NCBI GenBank assembly: GCA_902538565.1
Contig: CACBFQ010000002.1
Location: 374,740 to 438,739 of the forward strand
DNA from: an uncultured Fidelibacterota bacterium
GTDB taxonomy: Bacteria > Fidelibacterota > Marinisomatia > Marinisomatales > Marinisomataceae
DNA length: 64,000 bases
Direction of reading: 5' to 3'
This document shows positions 27,545-37,537 of this stretch, one piece after another (position 1 is the first letter of the stretch; every line of letters begins with the position of its first letter). The translations under genes and the position numbers were made by a program. The notes under the pieces were generated by a model. The model had not been told where the DNA came from. It searched no databases and saw only the letters and a list, made by a program, of their open reading frames with translations.

Positions 27545-29183
27545 TCTAATTATTTCAAGTTTAATATTTAGTCAAGATAATAGACCTCATGGTTCACAGT
27601 ATAACCTACCAGAACTTACTCGTAATAATTACTTAATTGGAAACTTAAATCAAAATCGCTCATCTTATAAAGTATCTTTTTACGACATTAATATTGATTT
27701 TGATTTGGATAATAAGTTTATAAATGGTTTTGTTAAAATTAAAGCTAAGAGCTTAAAAGATTTAAATCGCCTTCAAGTGGACTTAGCTGAAAACTTAAGT
27801 ATTATCAAAATTACCCACGAAAATAAAGACCTTTATTTTGAAAGAGAACTTGATGCAGTTTTGGTTGAATTTCCTTATGAAATTCCAAAAGACAATATAT
27901 TTGAGTTTTCTATTTTCTATAAAGGTTCTCCACAAAATGCTGATAATCCACCCTGGGCAGGAGGTTTTACATGGGCAAAAGATAAAGACGGTCGTGATTG
28001 GGTTGCAGTTTCATGCGAAGGAGAAGGTGCTAGGATTTGGTGGCCAAATAAAGATCATATAACTGCTGAAGGTGACAGTGTTAGGATGACATATACTGTT
28101 CCTTCCGATATGGTTGCTGTTGGTAATGGTAAATTAATAAGTGTTAAAAATAAAAATAATAGAACTACTTATGAATGGTTCGTTACAAACCCAATTAATA
28201 ATTACAATATTTCTGTTCAAATTGGCAATTACGTTGCTGTGCAAGATACATTTATAAAAGATAATAAAGTTCATTTAATGAACCATTATGTTTTAGACTA
28301 TAACACAGAATTGGCAAAAAACTATTTCCCAATGTCTAAAGAAGTAATAAGATTTTACGAAAAATACTTTGGAGATTATCAATGGTATGATGATGGGTAT
28401 AAATTGATTGAGGTTCCATATTTAGGTATGGAACATCAGTCTGCTGTAACATACGGAAATGGCTTTAGCATCTACAATGGTGTTAGAAGTAAAAGTTGGC
28501 CAATGTACGGAGTAATGGATCCCCTTATAATTCATGAAACTGGACATGAGTGGTTTGGAAACAGTGTTACAGCATCTGATCCCACGCATATTTGGATTCA
28601 CGAAGGACTACAGGTCTATTCTGAAGCAATATATTTTGAAGATAAATTTAAAAGCTATGAAATTGGGGTTCATTATTTAAATAGTATTAAAGGTCGCATT
28701 GTTAATGAAATTCCTATCGTTGGAAATGAAAATGAGAATCATTGGGCTCTTCACGGTGATACATACATGAAAGGAGCTTGGGTAATGCACACCCTTAGAA
28801 GCGTTATAGACGATGATGAAAAATGGTTTTTAATTTTAAAAGAATTTATGACTGAAAATGCTAAAGGCTTTGCTGACACCAAAGATTTTTTTAGAAAAGT
28901 TAATGATATAATGGGTGAGGACTATTGGTATTTTGCAGAACAATATTTTTATACACCAAATCAACCTCAATTAGAATACTATCAAACAGATTCTAAATTT
29001 TTTTACCGATGGAATAACGTAAATGATAATTTTATTATGCCAGTTGATTTACTTATTAATGGAAAAGAAGTAAGGGTCTCTCCTGCAAAGACATATAAAT
29101 CATTCGAAATAAGTAAACATTCTCAAATTGAAGTGATGGATTGGAAATTTTATGTTCAACCTGAAAAAATTAAAAGTAAATAA
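27525..29183 (+). CDS. Secreted M1 family zinc aminopeptidase
   Basis: Signal peptide, YLGMEH (GxMEN variant), HETGH..WIHEG and YMKGA. Confidence 0.9.
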   Translation: MKKIIFSLIISSLIFSQDNRPHGSQYNLPELTRNNYLIGNLNQNRSSYKVSFYDINIDFDLDNKFINGFVKIKAKSLKDLNRLQVDLAENLSIIKITHENKDLYFERELDAVLVEFPYEIPKDNIFEFSIFYKGSPQNADNPPWAGGFTWAKDKDGRDWVAVSCEGEGARIWWPNKDHITAEGDSVRMTYTVPSDMVAVGNGKLISVKNKNNRTTYEWFVTNPINNYNISVQIGNYVAVQDTFIKDNKVHLMNHYVLDYNTELAKNYFPMSKEVIRFYEKYFGDYQWYDDGYKLIEVPYLGMEHQSAVTYGNGFSIYNGVRSKSWPMYGVMDPLIIHETGHEWFGNSVTASDPTHIWIHEGLQVYSEAIYFEDKFKSYEIGVHYLNSIKGRIVNEIPIVGNENENHWALHGDTYMKGAWVMHTLRSVIDDDEKWFLILKEFMTENAKGFADTKDFFRKVNDIMGEDYWYFAEQYFYTPNQPQLEYYQTDSKFFYRWNNVNDNFIMPVDLLINGKEVRVSPAKTYKSFEISKHSQIEVMDWKFYVQPEKIKSK

Positions 29184-30405
29184 TTTAGTTTTTTTATTTA
29201 GTATAATATTTCTTATAAACGGACCTTTAAAAGGACAGGATTTAAAATTAGCGACTGAATTTCGTTATGTTAAAAATGATAAAAGTGCTTGGTTCACTAA
29301 TTATAATAATTTTGGTTTGCCAAACGAAAATTTTTCGTCCAGGATTACCTTTCAGACTTCAAAAAAGTCTTTTTTTTTAAATTTTGATACATTGATAATT
29401 AACCAAAATCTCAACATTCTTGAAAGTTTCATAAAAATTGATACAAAATTTATTGATTATAAAATTGGTAAGTATTACCGCGATTTTAGTAACTACCTTA
29501 ATGATTACCTCAGTTCTGGTCATATGCTTATAAGTAATAATGCTCAGCCAATGCCAAAAATAGGTGTATTAAAAAATATTGTTCTTTATAAAAGAAAAAA
29601 ATATGAATTTGATTTTGGTTTATCTCATGCAATGTTGGACAAAAACGATTATTACTCAAAGAATCCTTTTCTTCACGAAAAATTTATTTATTTTAAAGTA
29701 CCTATGAATGAAAATAGTTTCTTTCAAATTGGTTTTGTTCATGAAGCAATTTGGGGTGGAGAAACTGTAATTGATGGAGAATCAACTGGATCAACTTTAA
29801 AAGACTTTTTAAAAGTATTTATTTCTTCAGATGGACCAAAAATTGATGGTTCAAAACATGCTAATGCTCTTGGAAATCACCTTGGCATATGGGATTTTGT
29901 TTATATTAATAATAATAGAATAAATAGTTACAAAATATATTATCAACATATCTTTGAGGATACAAGCGGGCTTAGGTTTCACAACGGGACAGATGGTTTA
30001 TGGGGTTTCGAAATCAGTAATAATCTTAATAATTTCAATATACTTATTGAACTACTTACAACAACAAATCAGGATCTAAATTCCGATTACCTGAGAGAGG
30101 GTTACTATAATCATTCAACCTACGCAAAGGGCTGGAGTTATAAGAATTTTATAATTGGTAATCCTCATATAAATAATTTGACAATTATTCCTTTAGATGT
30201 AATTCACGTAGGCATTGAAAAGGAATTTAAAAACAATTTTAAATTGCAAGTCTTAACCTCGAGAAGGATTGATAAAAGTGATTCAATTATATATGATTTT
30301 ATTTTTAAGAAAAAAATAAAAGATGAATTTGAAATTAAACTAGGTTTATCAAGTGCTAATGTAAAAGATATTTTATCCTTCGCAGTTAATTGGCAACTGG
30401 ATTAA
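29152..30405 (+). CDS. Wzi-like outer-membrane capsule assembly protein
   Basis: SGHMLISNNAQPMPKI, LHEKF, GNHLGIWD, YYQHIFED and GLWG; start codon uncertain. Confidence 0.72.
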   Translation: MFNLKKLKVNNLVFLFSIIFLINGPLKGQDLKLATEFRYVKNDKSAWFTNYNNFGLPNENFSSRITFQTSKKSFFLNFDTLIINQNLNILESFIKIDTKFIDYKIGKYYRDFSNYLNDYLSSGHMLISNNAQPMPKIGVLKNIVLYKRKKYEFDFGLSHAMLDKNDYYSKNPFLHEKFIYFKVPMNENSFFQIGFVHEAIWGGETVIDGESTGSTLKDFLKVFISSDGPKIDGSKHANALGNHLGIWDFVYINNNRINSYKIYYQHIFEDTSGLRFHNGTDGLWGFEISNNLNNFNILIELLTTTNQDLNSDYLREGYYNHSTYAKGWSYKNFIIGNPHINNLTIIPLDVIHVGIEKEFKNNFKLQVLTSRRIDKSDSIIYDFIFKKKIKDEFEIKLGLSSANVKDILSFAVNWQLD

Positions 30406-30967
30406 CAAAATTTTTTTCAATATGATCACAAAGAATATGTCCAATCAAAATATGCATTTCTTGAATTCTTTGTGTATCATTTGAAGGTACTTTTATACTA
30501 ATATCTGCATATTTATCGACATCTCCTGTACTTTCTCCAGTTAAAGAGATAACAGAAATATTTTTTTTTGAAGCGTATTCAGCTGCTCGTACAATATTTT
30601 CTGAATTTCCACTGGTTGATAAAGAGACTAAGGTATCATTTTCATTTCCAAGAGCCATTAATTGTCTTCTAAAAATATTTTTGTAATCATCGTCATTGCT
30701 CCAAGCAGTAATAAATGATGTATCTGTATTTAAACAAATGGATGCAAATGGATTAATTTTCTTTGCATACATTCCACCTGTAAGTTCTGCAGATAGATGG
30801 TTAGCTTGAGATGCACTTCCGCCATTTCCAATCCAAAATATTTTAGAATTATTTTGTTGATTTTTTAAAAGTATTTTTGAGGCCAAATCAATATCATTTA
30901 AAAGCTCTGGACCAAAGGATTCCAGTATTTTTTTATGTAATTCTATAGCTAATGAAATATTTTTCAT
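30386..30967 (-). CDS. gmhA: D-sedoheptulose-7-phosphate isomerase (SIS domain)
   Basis: GNGGSASQANHLSAEL, SLSTSGNSENI and RIQEMHILIGHILC. Start moved to ATG 30967. Confidence 0.9.
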   Translation of the reverse strand: MKNISLAIELHKKILESFGPELLNDIDLASKILLKNQQNNSKIFWIGNGGSASQANHLSAELTGGMYAKKINPFASICLNTDTSFITAWSNDDDYKNIFRRQLMALGNENDTLVSLSTSGNSENIVRAAEYASKKNISVISLTGESTGDVDKYADISIKVPSNDTQRIQEMHILIGHILCDHIEKNFVNPVAN

Positions 30968-30985
30968 AACATATAAGATAATCAA

Positions 30986-32935
30986 TTATTCATTTTCAAG
31001 CCACTGTTGAAAAACTATTACTTGCCAAAGGTGTGCATGCCAATCATTTTTTTCTGTTAAATGTTCATTCAATTTTTCTTCAACATCCAAATAATCAATG
31101 AGTCCTTGATTTTTTAACTTTGTTGGTTCCAATAAATCACAACACCAATCCTTTAATTCACCTGATATCCAACTAGATATAGGTACTCCAAAACCCATTT
31201 TGGGTCTTTCAATTAATTCATTTGGTAAATATCGATTTAAAGATTTTTTTAAAAAACTTTTTGGTACACTCGTACATTTTATCAATTCAGGAAGAGATAA
31301 TGAAAACTCAACAACATCTTTATCAAGTAAAGGCACTCTAGTTTCTAAACTGTTTGACATGGCTGCCCGATCGACTTTTACTAAAATATCATCAGGTAAA
31401 TAACTTAATGCATCAAAAGACATCATGTGCGACTTATAACTCTCCTCTGGAGAATTTAAATAATTTTTCTCACCGAAAGATTTATCTATTTTATTATTGC
31501 CTAATACAAAATTATTGGGTTCAGTCCATTTTGAGATTAAATATTTATATAATTGCACGTCTGATGAACATTCAAGCAGATATCGAGATTTTTTAACAAG
31601 TCGACCTAGTGATTTGCTTTCTCTATTAAATTCTTTAATTATAAATGATAGCCAAAATAAAGTGATATCTAAAAATCGTTCATTTGTTTTAGCAATTAAA
31701 GAAGAAGCTAATTTTCTGATTTCGAAAGGAAGGTATTTTATTTTTCCCCAAACTTTAATTGCAAAATAATATCTACTATAGCCGAAAAAGAGCTCATCTC
31801 CCCCATCTCCTGAAAGACTTACGCTAACATCATTTTTAGCTAGCTTTGATACCAAAAAAGTTGGAATTTGAGAAGAATCTGCAAAAGGCTCACAATATAT
31901 ATTTGGTATTTTGGGAATGATACTCAATGCATTACTTTCTGACATATACAATTCAGTATGATCAGTTCCTAAAAAATTAGCTACTTTTTTTGCATGATGA
32001 GCCTCATTAAATTTTTTATTTTCAAATCCTATTGTAAACGTTTTAATTGGTTTTGAAGATATTTTTTGCATTATAGATGAAACGAGAGATGAATCTATTC
32101 CACCAGAAAGAAAAGCGCCTAGGGGAACATCAGAGATCATTTGTTCTTTTACTGCTTTTGTAAGTAAATCATCAAATTGATCTAATGCTTCATTCTCTGA
32201 AATATTAAGATTAAAATTTTTTCTTTCATTAAATTGTGTAGCGTATGACCAATATTTAATAGGTTTAAATTTATAGGATTTATCATTTTTTAAAATGTCG
32301 TAATTAATTTTTAAGTAATGTCCAGGAGGTAATTTATAAATATTTTCATAAATAGACATTGGAGCTGGAATGTATCCATATGTAAAATATTTTGATAAAG
32401 CATTTTTATCTAAGGTTTTATCAAATTGCGGATGAGCTTTAAGAGACTTAAGCTCTGAAGCAAACATAAAAACATTGTTTTGTAATCCATAGTAAAGAGG
32501 CTTTTCTCCCATTCTATCTCTACAAAGAATTAATGATTTTTCTTTTTTATCCCATAAAGCAAAAGCAAACATACCTTTGGCTTCTTTTAAAGTTTTATAA
32601 ATTCCAAACTTCTCAATATATTCAACTAATATTTCTGTATCTGAACTTCCTTTTAATGTGGTATCTATATCTTTTTTTAATTTATGATAATTATATATTT
32701 CTCCATTAAAAGTAATTATAAATCTAGACGAACTTGATTGAAATGGTTGAGAACCATTTTCGCTTAAATCTATAATTGAGAGTCTCCTATGACCAAAATA
32801 AATGCCAAAATCTTTTTTAGACCAAAATCCAGATCCATCAGGTCCTCTATGTTTTAATGAGTTTGTCATAGATCTAATAATTGAATTATTATTAGTACTA
32901 TTTGAGAAGTCAATAAAACCTGTAATTCCACACAT
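30986..32935 (-). CDS. asnB: Asparagine synthase-family glutamine amidotransferase (polysaccharide-associated)
   Basis: MCGI N-terminal Cys, HRGPD, GHRRLSIID, NGEIYN, RDRMGEKPLYY, LSGGIDSS, SGDGGDELF and RPKMGF. Confidence 0.92.
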   Translation of the reverse strand: MCGITGFIDFSNSTNNNSIIRSMTNSLKHRGPDGSGFWSKKDFGIYFGHRRLSIIDLSENGSQPFQSSSSRFIITFNGEIYNYHKLKKDIDTTLKGSSDTEILVEYIEKFGIYKTLKEAKGMFAFALWDKKEKSLILCRDRMGEKPLYYGLQNNVFMFASELKSLKAHPQFDKTLDKNALSKYFTYGYIPAPMSIYENIYKLPPGHYLKINYDILKNDKSYKFKPIKYWSYATQFNERKNFNLNISENEALDQFDDLLTKAVKEQMISDVPLGAFLSGGIDSSLVSSIMQKISSKPIKTFTIGFENKKFNEAHHAKKVANFLGTDHTELYMSESNALSIIPKIPNIYCEPFADSSQIPTFLVSKLAKNDVSVSLSGDGGDELFFGYSRYYFAIKVWGKIKYLPFEIRKLASSLIAKTNERFLDITLFWLSFIIKEFNRESKSLGRLVKKSRYLLECSSDVQLYKYLISKWTEPNNFVLGNNKIDKSFGEKNYLNSPEESYKSHMMSFDALSYLPDDILVKVDRAAMSNSLETRVPLLDKDVVEFSLSLPELIKCTSVPKSFLKKSLNRYLPNELIERPKMGFGVPISSWISGELKDWCCDLLEPTKLKNQGLIDYLDVEEKLNEHLTEKNDWHAHLWQVIVFQQWLENE

Positions 32936-32936
32936 A

Positions 32937-33845
32937 CTATAGTCCTATATCTTTTTTGTATCCTGGTATCCAATCTTCGATAACTTGTTTAGGCTCCCAA
33001 CCTAATAGTTTTTTTGCTAATGAATTATCTGCTAAAGTTTCATTTGGCTCTATCACGGGATCTACATAGATTTTATTATCACCTAACATATCAGCAATTT
33101 GATTTATAGATCTGTTATCACCATTACCAATATTTATTACCTCACCATTGCCTACATTTTTTGATTTTGAAGCCAAGATATTAGCATTTACTACATCACC
33201 AACATAGGTAAAATCTCTTCGTTGTTCACCATCGCCTCTTATTGTCATAGGTTTTCCACTTAAGAGTTGACTTGCAAAAATCCCAATAACTAAAGCATAT
33301 GCTCCATCTAAATTTTGCCTTTCACCATAAACATTAAAATATCTTAAACAGACTGTTTGAATATTATATATATGAGAAAAAACATTACACATTACTTCAC
33401 CATAATATTTTTGTGCTCCATAAGGAGAAAGAGGATTCACCGGCATTGATTCTACTAAGGGCATTACTTCTGAATCGCCATAAGCAGAAGAAGATGCACT
33501 ATAAACAACTCTCCTAACTTTTGCATCAGCGGCACATTTTAAAATATTTAATACCCCTATAGTGTTATTCATTTCGTACTCAATTGGATTTTTAATTGAT
33601 GGTTGAACTCGAGCTTTCGCAGCAAGTAAAAAAACAGTATCTGTATTTTCCATTATTGAAATAATTTTTTGTTTATTCGAAATATCGCTCATATCTAATT
33701 CAAAAATATTAGCATTGGAATTAACATTATCTTTCTTTCCTGTCGAAAAGTTATCAATTATTGATACCTCATGTCCCTCATATATTAAGTTATCAACTAA
33801 ATTGCTACCAATAAATCCTGCTCCACCTACAACGACATACTTCAT
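32937..33845 (-). CDS. NAD-dependent NDP-sugar epimerase/dehydratase
   Basis: GGAGFIG, SASSSAYG, YGAQK (YxxxK), RYFNVYG and RDFTYVGD. Confidence 0.9.
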   Translation of the reverse strand: MKYVVVGGAGFIGSNLVDNLIYEGHEVSIIDNFSTGKKDNVNSNANIFELDMSDISNKQKIISIMENTDTVFLLAAKARVQPSIKNPIEYEMNNTIGVLNILKCAADAKVRRVVYSASSSAYGDSEVMPLVESMPVNPLSPYGAQKYYGEVMCNVFSHIYNIQTVCLRYFNVYGERQNLDGAYALVIGIFASQLLSGKPMTIRGDGEQRRDFTYVGDVVNANILASKSKNVGNGEVINIGNGDNRSINQIADMLGDNKIYVDPVIEPNETLADNSLAKKLLGWEPKQVIEDWIPGYKKDIGL

Positions 33846-34789
33846 ATTTTAACCTTATTCCTTTTTGCTTTTTCTAGAAGCTCATTAATGCTTACAGTTG
33901 ATGTTCCAGTTTTAGACACTGATATGCTACCTGCTAGATTTGCAATTTTAGTTGCAAATACCTCATCTCTATCTAAAGCATATGTAAGTGTTAATGTGGA
34001 AATTACTGAATCGCCTGCACCTGTGACATCTGGTTTTTCAATTGGAAAAGCTTTTATATGTTTTATTCCATCTTTCGAAATTAAAGAAATTCCCTTCTCA
34101 CCTCTTGTTAATACAATAAATTTCAAATTGAAATCGTGTAATAGACTATTACAAACTTTTTCAATTGATTTGTTGGATCTTAAACTTGAACTTGTTGCTT
34201 TCTCAAGTTCTGTTAAATTTGGAGTTAATGCAGTTGCATTTTGGTAGATACTGAAATCATTTTTCTTAGGGTCAACAATTACTGGACAATCAAAATACTT
34301 TATTATAAATGATATAGTATCCTTGTTTAGAACTCCTTTATTGTAATCTGACAAAATAACAGAATCATAATCCTTACTAATTTTCTTTATTTGTTTAATA
34401 ATTAATTTGCTAAAACTATCGTTCAAATTTTGCTCATAATCAAGCCTATAAATTTGTTTTGTATTTAGAAAAACTCTTTCTTTAAGAGTTGTTTTAACTA
34501 AGTTGCTTTCAAGGATTTTTTTTGGTGAAATTCCTTTGACTTTTAACATATTCAAAAAACTTTGTCCAAAAATATCACTGCCAATTATGCTTACTAAATC
34601 TACATTAGCACCTAGATTTTTTAGGTTTGCTGCAACATTTGCTGCACCACCAAGAGTAAAAAATTTTTGATTTGGAGTTAAAACAGGTACGCTTGAATCT
34701 TCTGGTGACATTCTATAAGACTCTGTATAAATAAAAGAGTCTATCATAACATCCCCAATGACTAATATTTTAAGCTTTGAAAAATTCAC
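33842..34789 (-). CDS. D-glycero-beta-D-manno-heptose-7-phosphate kinase (RfaE1, kinase-only half of HldE)
   Basis: VIGDVMID, LGGAANVAANL, LSDYNKGV, VDPK, TPNLTE and DVTGAGDSV (PfkB signature). Confidence 0.88.
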   Translation of the reverse strand: MNFSKLKILVIGDVMIDSFIYTESYRMSPEDSSVPVLTPNQKFFTLGGAANVAANLKNLGANVDLVSIIGSDIFGQSFLNMLKVKGISPKKILESNLVKTTLKERVFLNTKQIYRLDYEQNLNDSFSKLIIKQIKKISKDYDSVILSDYNKGVLNKDTISFIIKYFDCPVIVDPKKNDFSIYQNATALTPNLTELEKATSSSLRSNKSIEKVCNSLLHDFNLKFIVLTRGEKGISLISKDGIKHIKAFPIEKPDVTGAGDSVISTLTLTYALDRDEVFATKIANLAGSISVSKTGTSTVSINELLEKAKRNKVKI

Positions 34790-35526
34790 CTAACTTTTCC
34801 CTGGTTTATTATTGATTCTTGCTTCAACTTCAATAATTTTTCTTCAATTAAAAATTCTTTTTTAATAATTTTAAATTGATTATCAAAATCATATACCAAG
34901 GGTACTCCTGTCGGAATCTCAACTTTTACAATCATCTTTTCAGACAAGTCTTCAATGATTTTTACAATAGCTCTTAATGAATTGCTATGTGCTACAATTA
35001 AATAATTTTTATCCTCAGATATTTGATTAAAAAATTTGAACCAGAAGGGCTCTAATCGTTTTACTACATCTTTTAAACTTTCACCACAAGGAAGCTGACT
35101 TTCATCAATATTTTTAAAAGTATCATTATGAATTGGATGTCTCTTGTCATTTTTTTTCAAAGGTGGAGGAGGAATATCATAACTTCTTCTCCATATATGA
35201 ACTTGATTTTCCCCAAATTTTTCAGCTGTTTCTGATTTGTTTAAACCTTGGAGTTCTCCATAATGTCTTTCATTTAATCTCCAGTTTTTTTTGATTTTAG
35301 AAGATTGGTATCCCAAAGATTTAGCAACAATGGATGCCGTTTCAATTGAACGCTTGAGAAGTGAGGAATATATAACATTAACTTTAATGTTATTTCTTAG
35401 AATTTCTTGTCCTGAAAACTCTGCTTCAATTCTACCCAAGTCTGTTAAATCAATATCTTTCCATCCAGTAAATCTATTTTCCAAATTCCACTGACTTTCA
35501 CCGTGCCGCAAAAGAATTATTTTCAT
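34786..35526 (-). CDS. gpmA: 2,3-bisphosphoglycerate-dependent phosphoglycerate mutase
   Basis: LRHGESQWNLENRFTGWKD, WRLNERHYG, WRRSYD and AHSNSLRA. Confidence 0.95.
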   Translation of the reverse strand: MKIILLRHGESQWNLENRFTGWKDIDLTDLGRIEAEFSGQEILRNNIKVNVIYSSLLKRSIETASIVAKSLGYQSSKIKKNWRLNERHYGELQGLNKSETAEKFGENQVHIWRRSYDIPPPPLKKNDKRHPIHNDTFKNIDESQLPCGESLKDVVKRLEPFWFKFFNQISEDKNYLIVAHSNSLRAIVKIIEDLSEKMIVKVEIPTGVPLVYDFDNQFKIIKKEFLIEEKLLKLKQESIINQGKVR

Positions 35527-35527
35527 T

Positions 35528-37489
35528 TTAATTATTATTTACTATAACAATAATTGCGGCGATATTTGCCATTACCGATGCAAAATCTGAAATAAATGCT
35601 GTGACGTTAAATTCATCAGGATTAGGATCTTTCGGCACAAAGACAGTATCTCCAGAAGATAATCTTTTCCCAGCACCCCTTAAAATATTAGGTTTCTGTA
35701 TTTGTCCATTTGCTTTTTTAACAAAAATTCTATTTTTTAAACTATAGGGCATATAGCCTCCTGCTAAATCAATAGCATCTTTCATGGTCATTTTTTCTTC
35801 AAAAACAATTAATCCAGGATTATATACATTGCCATCAACTCTTATGAAATCGACTTTTGGTAAAATTTTCACAACTGCGTTTTTGGAAAGTTTATAATCT
35901 TCATTAATATTATATACAGGTGCTGATTCTACTGTTGCTACACCTAAAGAATCAACAGTGGTACTTTCAATTAACAAAGAAACGTTAGTTAAGTCAGCAT
36001 TTGGAGTTAACCCCCCTGCAACATTAATCAAATCTTTTAAAGACATATTAGATGAAAGGGGATAAGTTCCTTGAAAATTGACTTCGCCTTCTATTCTTAC
36101 AGTTCCATTTTCATCAAACTTTGTATTTTCATAAACAAAAATTTTATCATCTGGTTCAAGTTCGAATGAATCACTTTCGCTATAACTGACTTTATATTCT
36201 TCACCGTAAAATGATTTATTTGTTTTTCGAAGAATGATGATTTGATCTGTATTTATTGATTTAATATAGACAGGATCATTAAAACCTCCAGCCAGATTTA
36301 AAACATCTTTCAAGCTCAAACCATTTGCTGGGAAAATTCCTCTTATCTTAGTTCTTCCTAATACTTCAACAGAAGACTGTACTTCTCCGATATCTTTAAC
36401 GGCTACAACATCTCCATCTTTCAATTTATAGCTATCCATTTTATCATGCTGAACAATGAATGTATTTTGGGCATAATCATCAAAAATCCTCTCAGATATT
36501 GGAGTTGTATTTTTTACCATAAAGTATGAAGTTGCATTGGATTTCAAACCGTCTGCGTAGTATACAAGTTGTTTGATTGTTTCATTTTTAATTACCTCAA
36601 AGTAAATTTTATTTGATTTGAATGGACCTTCAATCTTTACCCTCTTTTCAACATTTGGAACGTGAATAGTGTCCCCATCTATCAATTTTATATTTTTGAA
36701 ATCTGAAATTCCTGATTTAAAAAAACTATATAAGTCAACCTTATATATTACGCTGTTATTTCTGATTAATTCTATCTCTCTTAATGATCCTGATATTGCA
36801 ACGCCCCCAGATTGAACTAGTCCTAAGAAAACGTCTGAGAAAGGATGTATTAAATGAATACCTGGCTCATTAACATTCCCACTAAATAAAACATTAATAG
36901 ATTTTAATTTTCCTACCTCAAGTCTTAAACTAGTTGAGTTGCTTCCGTCGCTCAAGGTGGAATATATTAGTGATAGTCTTTCTGTAATAATTTTTTCAGC
37001 TTCAGCTAAGTCTTTGCCAGAAACGCTTATATATCCGATTGAATCATAGTAAATCATACCATTTTTGTTAATAATGAAATTTTTCTGAAGATTGTGTTCT
37101 CCCCATAAAGAAATAATGATTTCATCCCCTGAACCTAGAATATAATCTCCTCCTGGAGGTGCATTATCAAAAAAACTAACTTCTCTTTCAAAATAATCAT
37201 AACCAAAGTGCTCTTTAAGAAGTACGTCTTTTTCAGATAATATAGATTCGTTATCTTTCGAGCTAGTTTCATTTTTATCAACCAATTCTTCATCACTATT
37301 ACTAATATTGACAATATCTGGAGCAACACTTTGAATGTCCATATCTGTTCCTAATTCAGAGACTTCAGTAGGGGTCTTCAACTGATCTTTAATTAAATCT
37401 AATTGGGCGTTATTAATATTATTTATATCACTTATTGATACTTGAGCAATTAAGAAATTCATAAATAATAGAGAAGTGATTTTTTTCAT
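35528..37489 (-). CDS. SLBB-repeat polysaccharide export protein (Wza/KpsD-like)
   Basis: FGYDYF, YILGSGDEIIISLWG, multiple SLBB repeats (GEVNFQGTY, GNVYNPG) and GDTVFVP. Confidence 0.85.
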   Translation of the reverse strand: MKKITSLLFMNFLIAQVSISDINNINNAQLDLIKDQLKTPTEVSELGTDMDIQSVAPDIVNISNSDEELVDKNETSSKDNESILSEKDVLLKEHFGYDYFEREVSFFDNAPPGGDYILGSGDEIIISLWGEHNLQKNFIINKNGMIYYDSIGYISVSGKDLAEAEKIITERLSLIYSTLSDGSNSTSLRLEVGKLKSINVLFSGNVNEPGIHLIHPFSDVFLGLVQSGGVAISGSLREIELIRNNSVIYKVDLYSFFKSGISDFKNIKLIDGDTIHVPNVEKRVKIEGPFKSNKIYFEVIKNETIKQLVYYADGLKSNATSYFMVKNTTPISERIFDDYAQNTFIVQHDKMDSYKLKDGDVVAVKDIGEVQSSVEVLGRTKIRGIFPANGLSLKDVLNLAGGFNDPVYIKSINTDQIIILRKTNKSFYGEEYKVSYSESDSFELEPDDKIFVYENTKFDENGTVRIEGEVNFQGTYPLSSNMSLKDLINVAGGLTPNADLTNVSLLIESTTVDSLGVATVESAPVYNINEDYKLSKNAVVKILPKVDFIRVDGNVYNPGLIVFEEKMTMKDAIDLAGGYMPYSLKNRIFVKKANGQIQKPNILRGAGKRLSSGDTVFVPKDPNPDEFNVTAFISDFASVMANIAAIIVIVNNN

Positions 37490-37537
37490 ATTAACCTTTA
37501 TTGTATTTTAAAATAATATAATCTTCTAATTTAAGCT

